Notes under the pieces: model-generated
Database searches by the model: none
Told to the model about the DNA's origin: nothing
The model's input: only the letters and a program-made list of their open reading frames with translations
Shown here: positions 47,371-56,935 of the stretch, piece by piece
Layout: the number at the start of each line of letters is the position of its first letter
How positions within the stretch are numbered: position 1 is the first letter of the stretch
Position numbers and translations under genes: made by a program
Origin: a virus
Taxonomy: Duplodnaviria > Caudoviricetes
Strand: one strand, 5' to 3'
Length of the DNA stretch: 64,000 nucleotides
Virus record (IMG/VR): IMGVR_UViG_3300028626_000002
Location: 32,001-96,000 of that record

Positions 47371-47859
47371 ATGACCATGCCCACCAAGAAGAAGGCCGAG
47401 CCCGCGAAGAAGGCCACCGGTCCGAAGTCCGTCGTCAAGGACGTCACCGCCCCGCCGCTGCTGGTCACCGTGAAGGGCCACAAGTACGGCCTGGACGTGG
47501 AGACGGAGGAGGGGAAGCCCTCCGTCAAGTGCGACTTCGTGGCCGGCGCGCCCAAGCACTACGACCTGGGGGACGGCTACCTGATGATGTCGGGCGAGCT
47601 GCAGCTCGCCAACGGCCAGACCGCCTACGCCGTGCTCGAGATCAGCCTCGAGGACGGCGGCGAGCACTGCGGCACCGGCTTCATGATCCCGGCCTACGAC
47701 GGGCAGCCGCAGGCCATCGTCTTCCAGGGCGAGAGCAACTTCCTGCCGCAGATGCGGCGGTTCGGGCTCTCGTCCAAGGACATCTTCCCGTACCGCTACA
47801 ACTACCACGAGCACCTCGAGCGTGACCACCACGTGGGCGACGACGGCTGGAGCCTCTGA
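47371..47859 (+). CDS. Hypothetical protein
   Basis: RBS; strong GC3. Confidence 0.6.
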   Translation: MTMPTKKKAEPAKKATGPKSVVKDVTAPPLLVTVKGHKYGLDVETEEGKPSVKCDFVAGAPKHYDLGDGYLMMSGELQLANGQTAYAVLEISLEDGGEHCGTGFMIPAYDGQPQAIVFQGESNFLPQMRRFGLSSKDIFPYRYNYHEHLERDHHVGDDGWSL

Positions 47860-48101
47860 TGGGCAAGTCCAGCATCACCATGGACACGCTGCTGGACTTC
47901 ATCGACGCCCTCGAGGGGGACGTGCTGGACCGGGTTACCGAGTTCCTCGACGAGCACGTCTGCGACGGGAAGGCGGCGGAGGCGTCCGAGATCAACAACT
48001 GCGGTCCCCTGACGCAGCTGGAGTACATCCTGGGCGACCCGAGTCCGTCGGAAGAGGCGCTGCAGGACATGCTGTCTGGCCTCAAGTACGCGGCGGAGTA
48101 G
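47859..48101 (+). CDS. Small acidic hypothetical protein
   Basis: TGATG coupling. Confidence 0.55.
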   Translation: MGKSSITMDTLLDFIDALEGDVLDRVTEFLDEHVCDGKAAEASEINNCGPLTQLEYILGDPSPSEEALQDMLSGLKYAAE

Positions 48102-48159
48102 GGTGCTTGGCTCCGGGCGGAAGTCGTCGTAGAATCACCCGTTGAACCGGAGAGCTGAC

Positions 48160-48372
48160 ATGCTGAGGGTCGGGAGCCTGGCGTACACCGTCGAGGTGCT
48201 GCGGGACAAGATGGGCGGCAGCAAGCCCCTCATCGTGCCCGTGCGCATCCAGGAGATGCCGAACGAGGCCGGGGAGTACCTGGTGACCTACGTTGCCAGC
48301 CCCGTCGAGCGCAAGCCCTTCCGCTGCAAGAAGGTGTTCGAGACCAAGTCCGAAGCACTGAGGGCACCGTGA
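48160..48372 (+). CDS. Small hypothetical protein
   Basis: RBS GGAG; codon usage. Confidence 0.5.
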   Translation: MLRVGSLAYTVEVLRDKMGGSKPLIVPVRIQEMPNEAGEYLVTYVASPVERKPFRCKKVFETKSEALRAP

Positions 48373-48593
48373 AACTGCAGGTCTACAAGGTCCGCGCGTA
48401 CATCGAAGTCGAGGCGCCGCCGAAGTTCGAGGGCATCCTCGCGGAGATGACCGACGACATGCTGAAGAGCATGCTGCCGGCCGACGACATCACCACCCCG
48501 GACGGCACGGTTGTGCGCTTCGTCGGCTCGATGGTCACCGAGGTCGAGACCACTACCATGACCGTCGACTACGAGCCCCCCGAGGCAGCGTAG
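48369..48593 (+). CDS. Small hypothetical protein
   Basis: GTGA coupling. Confidence 0.5.
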   Translation: MKLQVYKVRAYIEVEAPPKFEGILAEMTDDMLKSMLPADDITTPDGTVVRFVGSMVTEVETTTMTVDYEPPEAA

Positions 48594-48598
48594 GGGAC

Positions 48599-48628
48599 AA
48601 GGGGGCGTAAGCCCCCTTGTTTCTTAGC
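48599..48628 (+). terminator. GNRA hairpin + TTCTTAGC
   Basis: AAGGGGGC-GTAA-GCCCCCTT. Confidence 0.65.
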
Positions 48629-48774
48629 TGACAGGCGGTATTTCATCCTCCGATTGTGGGATAAGAAGTACGGAAGAGGAGGACTGCTTCGTTTGGGGTG
48701 GAGCACCCCCGGAAGACGAAGCAGCCCCCAAGGCGAGCGCCCCCTGCGCGGGGCCATGCAAAGGAGGTTCCCTC

Positions 48775-49113
48775 ATGTGCAACCGGCTGCTGGTCGTGAC
48801 GATGGACGGGAAGGGCAACGCGAGGATCGTGAACAACGAGCTGATGATGGACGCGCCGGCCGCGACCAGGCGGACCGTCGAGGTGCTGAAGGGCCTGACC
48901 GACGAGGGCGTCGCCGCGGTCGTGGTCGAGACGGACTTCAAGGGGTACTTCCTGGGCCTGCGCGCGGACCTGGCGGTCATCGCGGCGAAGCCGGACCCCC
49001 TGACCGAGGCGGTCCAGGGCATCCTCGAGGTGCTGAAGGCGCGGCTCCCGGCCGCGACCCCGATCCCGACCCCGGTGCCGGAGCCCACGCCCGACGTGCC
49101 CCCCGCGGCCTGA
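48775..49113 (+). CDS. Hypothetical protein
   Basis: RBS AAGGAGG. Confidence 0.55.
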   Translation: MCNRLLVVTMDGKGNARIVNNELMMDAPAATRRTVEVLKGLTDEGVAAVVVETDFKGYFLGLRADLAVIAAKPDPLTEAVQGILEVLKARLPAATPIPTPVPEPTPDVPPAA

Positions 49114-49168
49114 CCCCGGCCGCCCGCGCGACGCGGGCATGAACCGCCGGACTTCCCCGTGTGCGAGA

Positions 49169-49194
49169 GAAGGGCGAAAGCCCTTCTTCTTAGC
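49169..49194 (+). terminator. GNRA hairpin + TTCTTAGC
   Basis: GAAGGGC-GAAA-GCCCTTC. Confidence 0.65.
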
Positions 49195-49296
49195 CCGGAT
49201 CTGCACACCTTCAAGTGGGCATAAGAACTGCGGAAAGGGCGTGCCTGGTCGGCTCGCCCTCATGTCGTCGCCCTCGGGCGAATGCAGGAGCAAAAG

Positions 49297-49701
49297 ATGA
49301 AGACGGCGCTGATCACGGGCATCACGGGGCAGGACGGCAGCTACCTGGCAGAGCTGCTCCTCGGGAAGGGTTACCGGGTGGTGGGGCTGATGCCCCGCCG
49401 GTCCAACCCGGACGTGCAGACCGCCAAGCTGGCCCCGGTCATACCCAGCCCCGACTTCATCCTGGAGTCGGGCGACCTCACCGACGGCGGGTCGCTGGCC
49501 CGCCTCGTCCGCCTGGCGCAGCCGGACGAGGTGTACAACAGCGAGGTCCGGGGGGAGATCCGCGCCACGGCCGCGGACCTCGGCTTCCCCATCACCCCCG
49601 ACCAGGTTGAGTGGGTCAAGGTCGCCATCATCCCCCGCGTTCGGAGCGTCCGCGCCCTGGAGGTGGCCGTCAAGGCGGCGTTCTCCCCGGGAGGCTCCTG
49701 A
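49297..49701 (+). CDS. gmd: Truncated GDP-mannose 4,6-dehydratase N-terminus fused to unrelated tail
   Basis: ALITGITGQDGSYLAELLL.KGY, GDLTD, QPDEVYN; similarity stops there. Confidence 0.7.
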   Translation: MKTALITGITGQDGSYLAELLLGKGYRVVGLMPRRSNPDVQTAKLAPVIPSPDFILESGDLTDGGSLARLVRLAQPDEVYNSEVRGEIRATAADLGFPITPDQVEWVKVAIIPRVRSVRALEVAVKAAFSPGGS

Positions 49702-49761
49702 AGCGTCCCCACGCGCGCCAGGTAGGCGCGCAAGCCCCGGCAGCTCGCCGGACCCCAGAAG

Positions 49762-49786
49762 AACAGGCGCAAGCCTGTTTCTTAGC
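49762..49786 (+). terminator. GNRA hairpin + TTCTTAGC
   Basis: AACAGGC-GCAA-GCCTGTT. Confidence 0.6.
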
Positions 49787-49833
49787 CCCTCGACTCTGCT
49801 ACAATTTAACCCAGGACCTTGAGGCAAGCCTGC

Positions 49834-49956
49834 ATGAAACTGGTCAGCGCACCCTGCAAGTGGCACCCGTCCCAGACCAACGAGCGGCAGGTCCTCTACA
49901 ACATCGGTGTCGACGACACCCACAACTACATCGCCGGCGGCGTGCTGGTGGGCAAC
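49834..49956 (+). mobile_element. Split intein C-fragment (41 aa)
   Basis: MKLV...LYNIGVDDTHNYIAGGVLVGN followed by Ser. Confidence 0.88.
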
Positions 49957-52944
49957 TCCCACTTCAAGCTGGCCGAGCCGATGCCCAACCCGGTCTACGA
50001 GCGCGCCATTCGTGCTCTCACCGGGCTCAGCTCGGAGCAGTACCACGGCATCCTGGAGGGCAAGCTGGCCCTCTCCCCGGACGGCACACTGGTGCCCGAC
50101 GATGACCAGGAAGGGGTCCTGCGGGGCGGCTACGCCTTCGAGAAGCTGCTCTCGTCCATCGACCGGGACAAGGAGCTGGATGGCCTCCTGTCGTCCGCCG
50201 CGACCGCCAGAGGGCAGAAGCTCGACGACATCGTGAAGAAGGCGAAGATCCTTCGCGGGCTGAAGAAGGCCAACCTCCAGCCCACGGTGTACCTGCAGCG
50301 CGTCATGCCCGTGCTGCCCCCGCAGCTCCGACCCATCACCATCACCGGCAGCGGGGACATCTCCTACGACGACCTGAACGGCGTCTACAAGGCCATCGCC
50401 CTGGACAACAAGCAGCTGACGGACTTCCCGAAGGGTCTGCCGGAGACCGAGAAGGGGCACGTCCGGGCGGAGCTGTACGACGGCATGAAGTCTCTGGCCG
50501 GTCTCGACGGCGCGCTGAACCGGGAGCAGGAGATCAAGGGCATCCTCGACCTCATCCACGGCAGCGAGCTGAAACACGGCTTCTTCCAGAAGAACCTGAT
50601 GAAGCGGCGCCAGGACATGACCGCGCGCGGTGTCGTCATCCCCGACATGAACGTCGGCATGGACGAGCTGGGCATCCCGAAGACCGTGGCCAAGACGCTC
50701 TACGAGCCCTTCGTCGTGAAGGAGCTGACGCAGCCGCCCTACTCGATGAACGTCGCCGACGCCAAGCAGGCGCTGAAGGACGAACGCGAGGCGGCCATGC
50801 GCATCCTCGACACGCAGCTGGAGAAGCGCCCCCTGGCGATGAAGCGCGACCCCGCCCTCCACCGCCACAGCGTCCAGGGGTTCTACCCGAAGATCGTGTC
50901 CGGGAACGCCATCCGCGTGAGCCCCCTCGTCGTGGCCGGGTACAACATGGACTTCGACGGCGACCAGGTCAGCCTGTACGTGCCCGTGACGAACGAGGCG
51001 GCCGAGGACGTCAAGCGCATGACCCCCAGCAACATTCTGAAGAGCCCCACCAGCCACGAGATCATGTACTTCCCCCGGCTGGAGGCGCAGCTGGGGCTGT
51101 TCATGATGACCAAGCCCGGAGAGCGCAAGGCCACGGCCTACAGCAGCGAGTCCGCCCTGCTGAAGGACTACGTCGACGGCAAGCTCGAGCAGACGGACAT
51201 CGTGCGGCTCAACGGGAAGGACACCACGCCGGGCCGGGCTATCGTGGCCGGTGCGCTGCCCGCCGGCGAGACCCGGGAGAAGGTGCTGCATGACCTCGAC
51301 TTCGACCTCACTGGCAAGAACACCCGGCGCATCATCGGAGCACACGCGTCGGAGCCCAACGTCTACAAGGGCATCGTGCAGAAGCTGAACCAGATCGGCT
51401 TCACCCAGGCCACCGCCATGGGGTACAGCGTGGGGCTGAAGGACTTCCGTACGCTCAAGGTCATCCGGGACGCGGCGTTGAAGAAGGCCGACATCGCGGC
51501 GTCGCACCTCCCCGAGCACGCCCCCGACCGCAACGAGCGGCTGGTGAAAATCTACATGGACGCGTCGGAGGAGATCCGGGAGGGGGCCGAGAAGAAGTTC
51601 GGCAAGGAGTTCAACGCGCTGATGACCATGTGGAAGGCAGGGGCCAAGGGCGACTGGCTGAACATCCGCCAGATCCTGTCCACCCCCATGATCGTCGACA
51701 GCCCCACGGGCCCCGTGCCGCTGCCCATCCGCCACTCGTACAGCGAGGGCCTGGACTCGGCGGAGTACTGGATCGCCGGGCACGGCGCCCGCAAGGGCAT
51801 GTACGACCGCGTCATGGAGGCCAGCCTGCCCGGGTCCATCAACAAGCAGCTGACCAACGTGGCGATGGGCATGTCCATCACCGAGCCCGACTGTGGGGTG
51901 AAGGCGGGGATCAGCCGCCCCGTCGACTCCCCCGACATCATCGACCGCTACACCGCGGAGCCCGTGAAGATCGGCAGCAGGACCCTGCCCAAGAACACGC
52001 TCATCACGTCGCAGATCGTGGACAGCCTGAAGAAGGCCAAGAAGACCTCAGTGGTGATCCGCAGCCCGCTGCGATGCTCCGCCCACAAGGGCATGTGCTC
52101 GAAGTGCTACGGCCTGGGCCCGGACGGCAAGCCGGCCAGCGTGGGGACCAACGTCGGCGTCATCGCCGCGCAGGCCCTCGGCGAGCGCGGCACCCAGCTG
52201 GCCCTGCGGAGCTTCCACTCCGCCGGCGCCACCTCGACGAAGAAGTCGGTCATCAACAGCATCGGGCGCGTGCGGCAGCTGGTGGCCATGCCCGAGATCC
52301 TGCCGGGCAGCGCCACGCTTTCCACCGAGGGCGGAACCGTCTCGAGGGTCGAGAAGGACCCGGCCGGCGGCTTCCGGGTGTGGGTGGGCGACACCGACCA
52401 CTACGTGCCGTTTGGCATGGACCTCATCAAGAAGCGCGGCGACAAGGTGAAGAGGGGCGAGGCCCTGTCGAAGGGCGTCGTGAACCCCCACGAGCTGCTG
52501 CCGCTGGCCGGCGTCAACGCGGTGCAGAGCTACCTGGCCGACGAACTGGACGGGCTGTACTCGCGAGAGGGTGTGCGGCGGGTGCACGACGAGGTGCTCG
52601 TCCGCGCCGTCACGAACCTGGGCACCGTCGTGGACCCCGGGGACCATCCCGACCTTCTGCCGTCGGACACCACCAGCGTGCAGTCCATCGAGGCCTGGAA
52701 CGCGGAGCACCGCGGCGAGAAGCCGGTGAAGTACGAGACGGTGCTGAAGGGCGTGGACGTGCTGCCCCTCGAGCAGACCGAAGACTGGCTTACAAGGCTG
52801 GCGTACAGGCGACCTGCTGAGACCATTACCCGGGGGGCCGTGGAGGGCTGGACGAGCCACCTGCATGGAAACTCCCCTGTTCCCGGGGTGGTCTACGGTG
52901 CCGAGTTTGGCCTTCCCCCGAAGGGCAGCAAAACCCCCTATTGA
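49834..52944 (+). CDS. rpoC: Phage RNA polymerase beta' subunit with N-terminal split-intein C-half
   Basis: PVLPPQLRP, DLN..Y, KRDPALHR, catalytic YNMDFDGDQ (50944-50964), GARKG, RSPL.C...C.KCYG, GERGTQL.LRSFH. Confidence 0.92.
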   Translation: MKLVSAPCKWHPSQTNERQVLYNIGVDDTHNYIAGGVLVGNSHFKLAEPMPNPVYERAIRALTGLSSEQYHGILEGKLALSPDGTLVPDDDQEGVLRGGYAFEKLLSSIDRDKELDGLLSSAATARGQKLDDIVKKAKILRGLKKANLQPTVYLQRVMPVLPPQLRPITITGSGDISYDDLNGVYKAIALDNKQLTDFPKGLPETEKGHVRAELYDGMKSLAGLDGALNREQEIKGILDLIHGSELKHGFFQKNLMKRRQDMTARGVVIPDMNVGMDELGIPKTVAKTLYEPFVVKELTQPPYSMNVADAKQALKDEREAAMRILDTQLEKRPLAMKRDPALHRHSVQGFYPKIVSGNAIRVSPLVVAGYNMDFDGDQVSLYVPVTNEAAEDVKRMTPSNILKSPTSHEIMYFPRLEAQLGLFMMTKPGERKATAYSSESALLKDYVDGKLEQTDIVRLNGKDTTPGRAIVAGALPAGETREKVLHDLDFDLTGKNTRRIIGAHASEPNVYKGIVQKLNQIGFTQATAMGYSVGLKDFRTLKVIRDAALKKADIAASHLPEHAPDRNERLVKIYMDASEEIREGAEKKFGKEFNALMTMWKAGAKGDWLNIRQILSTPMIVDSPTGPVPLPIRHSYSEGLDSAEYWIAGHGARKGMYDRVMEASLPGSINKQLTNVAMGMSITEPDCGVKAGISRPVDSPDIIDRYTAEPVKIGSRTLPKNTLITSQIVDSLKKAKKTSVVIRSPLRCSAHKGMCSKCYGLGPDGKPASVGTNVGVIAAQALGERGTQLALRSFHSAGATSTKKSVINSIGRVRQLVAMPEILPGSATLSTEGGTVSRVEKDPAGGFRVWVGDTDHYVPFGMDLIKKRGDKVKRGEALSKGVVNPHELLPLAGVNAVQSYLADELDGLYSREGVRRVHDEVLVRAVTNLGTVVDPGDHPDLLPSDTTSVQSIEAWNAEHRGEKPVKYETVLKGVDVLPLEQTEDWLTRLAYRRPAETITRGAVEGWTSHLHGNSPVPGVVYGAEFGLPPKGSKTPY

Positions 52945-52988
52945 CGGGCTAGAGCAGACCGGCGTACACTTCCAGGCGGGAGGTCGCG

Positions 52989-53783
52989 ATGAAGCGGGTC
53001 TCGGCCGAGGTGCGGCGTCAAGCTCTTGCCATGTACGCAGCGATGGTCCCCACGGCGACCATCGCGAAGGTGTTGTCGCTGTACCCCAGCACCGTGTCCC
53101 ACTGGGCGCGCGCCGCGGGCGTGACCAGGCCCCGCTCGGAGTCCTGTCGCAAGTACACGCTGGACACGAAGTTTTTCGCCAGCATCGACTCGGAGGCCAA
53201 GGCGTACTGGCTGGGATTTCTCTACGCCGACGGTTGCGTGTACCGGCAGACCGTGCGCGTTCTGCTCTCCTCGACTGACGAGGGGCACCTGCAGCGGCTG
53301 CTGAACTGCGTTGGCAGCGACCAACCCATTCGGAGTGTGCGCTGCGGGAAGCACCCGGGGGCGCTGCTGGTTGTGCGGAGCTGCGACTGGGTGATGGACC
53401 TGAGTCGGCACGGCGTATGCCCACGCAAGACCTACACCGGTCAGCACCCCACTAATGTACCGGCAGCGCTGGTGCGGCATTTCGTACGGGGGGTGTTCGA
53501 CGGGGATGGCTGCGTCTCGTACTCTCGCAACCAGGCCGCCGTTGATTGGACAGGCGGGGAGGCGTTTCTTCGGTGGCTGGCGGTGCAGATCACCACAGAG
53601 GTGGGGTTGTCGGGGCACTCCCCGCGCAAGACGGCCAGCAAACATGCCTGGCGTTTGCAGTACGCCGGCAACCGCCAAGCCGCAGCACTTCGTGACTGGA
53701 TGTACCGAGATGCAACGGTGTGGTTGCCGCGTAAGCGCGAACGGTTTGATCAGCCGCCGACGAGCAGCAAGACCCCGTATTGA
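52989..53783 (+). CDS. Double-motif LAGLIDADG homing endonuclease with N-terminal HTH
   Basis: YWLGFLYADGC and FVRGVFDGDG; atypical codons. Confidence 0.88.
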   Translation: MKRVSAEVRRQALAMYAAMVPTATIAKVLSLYPSTVSHWARAAGVTRPRSESCRKYTLDTKFFASIDSEAKAYWLGFLYADGCVYRQTVRVLLSSTDEGHLQRLLNCVGSDQPIRSVRCGKHPGALLVVRSCDWVMDLSRHGVCPRKTYTGQHPTNVPAALVRHFVRGVFDGDGCVSYSRNQAAVDWTGGEAFLRWLAVQITTEVGLSGHSPRKTASKHAWRLQYAGNRQAAALRDWMYRDATVWLPRKRERFDQPPTSSKTPY

Positions 53784-53792
53784 GAGGCAGCC

Positions 53793-53900
53793 ATGCGGTA
53801 CATGCGGTGGGCCTGCGCGATGCTCTTCACCCTCTCCATCTCCCCTGCCATTTTCCTCATCTGCTGCGTGAAGGCCGTGTTCGGCATCTCCGCCGAGTAG
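53793..53900 (+). CDS. Small hydrophobic peptide (35 aa)
   Basis: GAGG RBS; one hydrophobic segment. Confidence 0.35.
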   Translation: MRYMRWACAMLFTLSISPAIFLICCVKAVFGISAE

Positions 53901-54007
53901 CGGTTGAAACCGCGCGCCCGTAGGTATAAGGACTACAGAAGGGTACCGCCTCGGCTCAGGCCGAGGTTCCTGACGTTTTTACACGCCCGCAGCGGAGGAG
54001 GAGACCA

Positions 54008-56206
54008 GTGGACGGACCGGGGACGGTACGGGCTCGGGTCACGAGGTTCAGGCACAAGAACAGCGACACCGGATTCGTCATCGCCATGGTGCGGAACCTC
54101 GACGCGCTCGACCAGGCAGAGGTCAGCGTCAAGGGCACCATGGACATCGACATCGGGTGCATGTACGAGTTCGAGGGCCGCTGGGAGACCCATCCCAAGT
54201 ACGGCCCTGGCATGATCGTCAGGTCGTACCGATCCGTTGCGCCGACGACGTCGGACGGCATCGAGGCGTACCTGTCGAACTCCGACCTGTTCCCGAACAT
54301 CGGCCCTGCGCGCGCGGCGCAGCTGGTCGACAAGTTCGGCGACAAGACGCTGGAGGTCATCGAGAAGGAGCCCGCACGCCTTCGCGAAGTCTCCGGCCTC
54401 ACCGAGGAGCGCGTCGCCGCCATCGTAGCTTGCTACGTGGCCAACCGTGACAAGCACAAGCTCTTCACGGACCTCTACGCGCACGGTTTGACCCCGTTCC
54501 AGGTGAGCAAGCTGTTCGCCAAGTACGGGTCGCGGGCCGTCGAGGTGCTGCAGAACGACCCCTACGCCGTCACGGAGATCGACGGCTTCGGGTTCACCAC
54601 GGCGGACAACCTGGCCATGCGCTTCGGGATGTCCAAGACCAGCGAGAAGCGCGCCCTGGCGGCGGTCTGCTACCTGCTCGACCAGCTGAGCAGCGAAGGA
54701 CACACTCGGGTCACGGCGGCCATGCTGACCGCCAAAGCCGGGGAGCTGCAGCTGCAGATCCCGGACGAGAGGCTGGGCAAGGCCGTCCACAGCCTCGTGA
54801 CGGACCCGGGCCTGGCCTACAAGGGCGTCGGGTTCTCCGGTGACAGCCTCCACCTCGTGCAGCTCTACAATTGCGAGCTGACGGTCGCGGCCAAGCTGAA
54901 GTCCCTCTACACCACGCCGCTCGACCGGGGGCTGGATTTCGACTTCGCGCCGTTCGGGCTGAACGAGAAGCAGCGGGAGATCGTGAAGGCCAGCCAGCTC
55001 TCCCGTGTCCTGGTGGTCACCGGCGGGCCGGGCACCGGCAAGAGCCACACGCTGGCCGCGCTGCGGTCCTCCTGGCTCTACCACCGGTTGCGCGTCGGCT
55101 ACGCGGCCCCCACGGGCAAGGCGGCCCAGCGGATGGCCGAGATGATGGGGCACCAGGAGCAGACGTTCACCATCCACCGGTTGCTGGGGTTCAACCCGGT
55201 CATGGGGTGGGAGTACGACGAGCTGAACCAGCTGCCGTACGACGTGGTGGTCGTCGACGAGGTCTCCATGCTCGACATCGAGCTGGCGGCCGCGCTCCTG
55301 CGCGCCATCGACCATGAGCACACCCAGCTGGTGCTCATTGGCGACGTCGACCAGCTGCCGTCCGTGGGCCCGGGCGCCGTGCTCAAGGACGTCATCGAGT
55401 CGAGCAAGGTGCCCGTCGTCCGCCTGACCGAAATCATGCGGCAGGAGGCCACGTCGAAGATTGTCACCGCGGCGCACGCCATCAACCGCGGCGAGAGCTT
55501 CGAGTTCGACAACAAGGTCGACGACCTTCGGGTCTACTTCTTCCCCGACGAGGCAAGCCAGGAGTCCATCGCCGCCGGGGTCGTAGGCATGATCACCAAC
55601 AAGCTGCGGGAGGAGGGCTGGGACGCGGTGAACGACGTCCAGGTCCTCACCCCCATGCGCTCCCACGGCGCCCTGGCCGCGGACAACCTGGGCGTCATCC
55701 TCCAGAAGACGTTCAACCCCGCGGTGGAGGGTCGCCCCGAGCTGAAGCTGTGGGGCAAGGGCGAAGAGGCCACGCTCGTGCGCCTGGGCGACAAGGTCAT
55801 CCAGACGAAGAACGACTACGAGCTGGGCGTGTTCAACGGGGAAATCGGCACGGTGGTCGACATCGGCCCGGTGCCCGGCGGTAAGGGGAACGCCCAGCAG
55901 ATGCGGGTGGACTACGCCGGCGGGCGGCCGCCCGTCGTCTACGCCAAGGCGGACAAGTGGGCGCACCTGCGGCTGGCCTACGCCCTGACCATCCACAAGG
56001 CGCAGGGCAGCGAGTTCCCCGTCGTCATCGTTCCGCTGCACCGGGCGCAGTACAGGCTGCTGAACCGGCAGCTGCTCTACACCGCGGTGACCAGGGCGCG
56101 CAAGCTCTGCATCATCCTCTGCACCCGCAAGGCAATCTCCCAGGCCATCACGTGCAACGACCAGGCGCAGAGGCTCACGAGGCTGAAGGCCATGCTGGTA
56201 ACCTGA
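54008..56206 (+). CDS. recD2: RecD2-like SF1B helicase
   Basis: HPKYG, IDGFGF.TAD, GGPGTGKS, DEVSM, GDVDQLPSVGPG, YALTIHKAQGSEF, LYTAVTRA. Confidence 0.93.
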   Translation: MDGPGTVRARVTRFRHKNSDTGFVIAMVRNLDALDQAEVSVKGTMDIDIGCMYEFEGRWETHPKYGPGMIVRSYRSVAPTTSDGIEAYLSNSDLFPNIGPARAAQLVDKFGDKTLEVIEKEPARLREVSGLTEERVAAIVACYVANRDKHKLFTDLYAHGLTPFQVSKLFAKYGSRAVEVLQNDPYAVTEIDGFGFTTADNLAMRFGMSKTSEKRALAAVCYLLDQLSSEGHTRVTAAMLTAKAGELQLQIPDERLGKAVHSLVTDPGLAYKGVGFSGDSLHLVQLYNCELTVAAKLKSLYTTPLDRGLDFDFAPFGLNEKQREIVKASQLSRVLVVTGGPGTGKSHTLAALRSSWLYHRLRVGYAAPTGKAAQRMAEMMGHQEQTFTIHRLLGFNPVMGWEYDELNQLPYDVVVVDEVSMLDIELAAALLRAIDHEHTQLVLIGDVDQLPSVGPGAVLKDVIESSKVPVVRLTEIMRQEATSKIVTAAHAINRGESFEFDNKVDDLRVYFFPDEASQESIAAGVVGMITNKLREEGWDAVNDVQVLTPMRSHGALAADNLGVILQKTFNPAVEGRPELKLWGKGEEATLVRLGDKVIQTKNDYELGVFNGEIGTVVDIGPVPGGKGNAQQMRVDYAGGRPPVVYAKADKWAHLRLAYALTIHKAQGSEFPVVIVPLHRAQYRLLNRQLLYTAVTRARKLCIILCTRKAISQAITCNDQAQRLTRLKAMLVT

Positions 56207-56222
56207 GAAGGAGGAAAGTGCC

Positions 56223-56591
56223 ATGGAGGACACCCCGCTGGACCGCTTCTACGACTGGTTGCGCCAGCAGGAGAGCCCCTCGAAGTACCTCGTCGACCTG
56301 GTGCGGCGACTCGTCGCCGAAGACCTTCTGAGCGGGTACCTCGTCGCCACCACGATGCTCGACGAGAGAGTCCACGCGGCCGTTCGAGCGAGCAACCGCA
56401 AGGGGGCCATCAAGATGGTCATGAAGCTGCTGCCCCAGGTCGTGAAGAACGACGCCATGCGGCAGCTCATCGAGATGCTGATGTCGGACAGCACTGCAGT
56501 CCTCGACTGCAGCAAGTGCAACGAGCGGGAGCGCTGCCCGTTCCTCAAGCACCACCAGCCCACTACCATCAAGCCGGAGGAGATGAACTGA
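56223..56591 (+). CDS. Hypothetical protein
   Basis: RBS AGGAGG; CxxC-x5-C. Confidence 0.55.
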   Translation: MEDTPLDRFYDWLRQQESPSKYLVDLVRRLVAEDLLSGYLVATTMLDERVHAAVRASNRKGAIKMVMKLLPQVVKNDAMRQLIEMLMSDSTAVLDCSKCNERERCPFLKHHQPTTIKPEEMN

Positions 56592-56935
56592 TGACGAACT
56601 TCGAAATCGCGGCCGCCCTGACGGACACCGTCGGGCGCATCCCCCACCTGACCGGCCTGTACTTCCGGCCCCTGCCCAGCGAGTCGGAGACGCAGGAGTC
56701 GGTCATGCTGCACGCGCTGTACATCGTGCCCGACGCGGACAAGGTGTACGGCGAGGAAGGCAGCCAGCAGGAGCAGGAGGCGGTGGCCATCGAGGACGAG
56801 CAGGAGATGGCCTTCGCCACGCGCACGGGCTACGTCCTCGCGGTCATCGACGTCCGGAAGGACGTCCTCGACGGCATGGACGCTCGCAAGGGCATGGTCT
56901 TCGAGAAGGTCCCCCTCTACTCGGGGGTGGTGTGA
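56591..56935 (+). CDS. Hypothetical protein
   Basis: TGATG coupling. Confidence 0.55.
   Translation: MTNFEIAAALTDTVGRIPHLTGLYFRPLPSESETQESVMLHALYIVPDADKVYGEEGSQQEQEAVAIEDEQEMAFATRTGYVLAVIDVRKDVLDGMDARKGMVFEKVPLYSGVV

Noticed and set aside
439-56233. Very long antisense ORFs (e.g. 439-3804, 40848-45440, 48643-51783, 53933-56233)
   Set aside because: Shadow frames expected from high GC3 on the coding strand; no motifs
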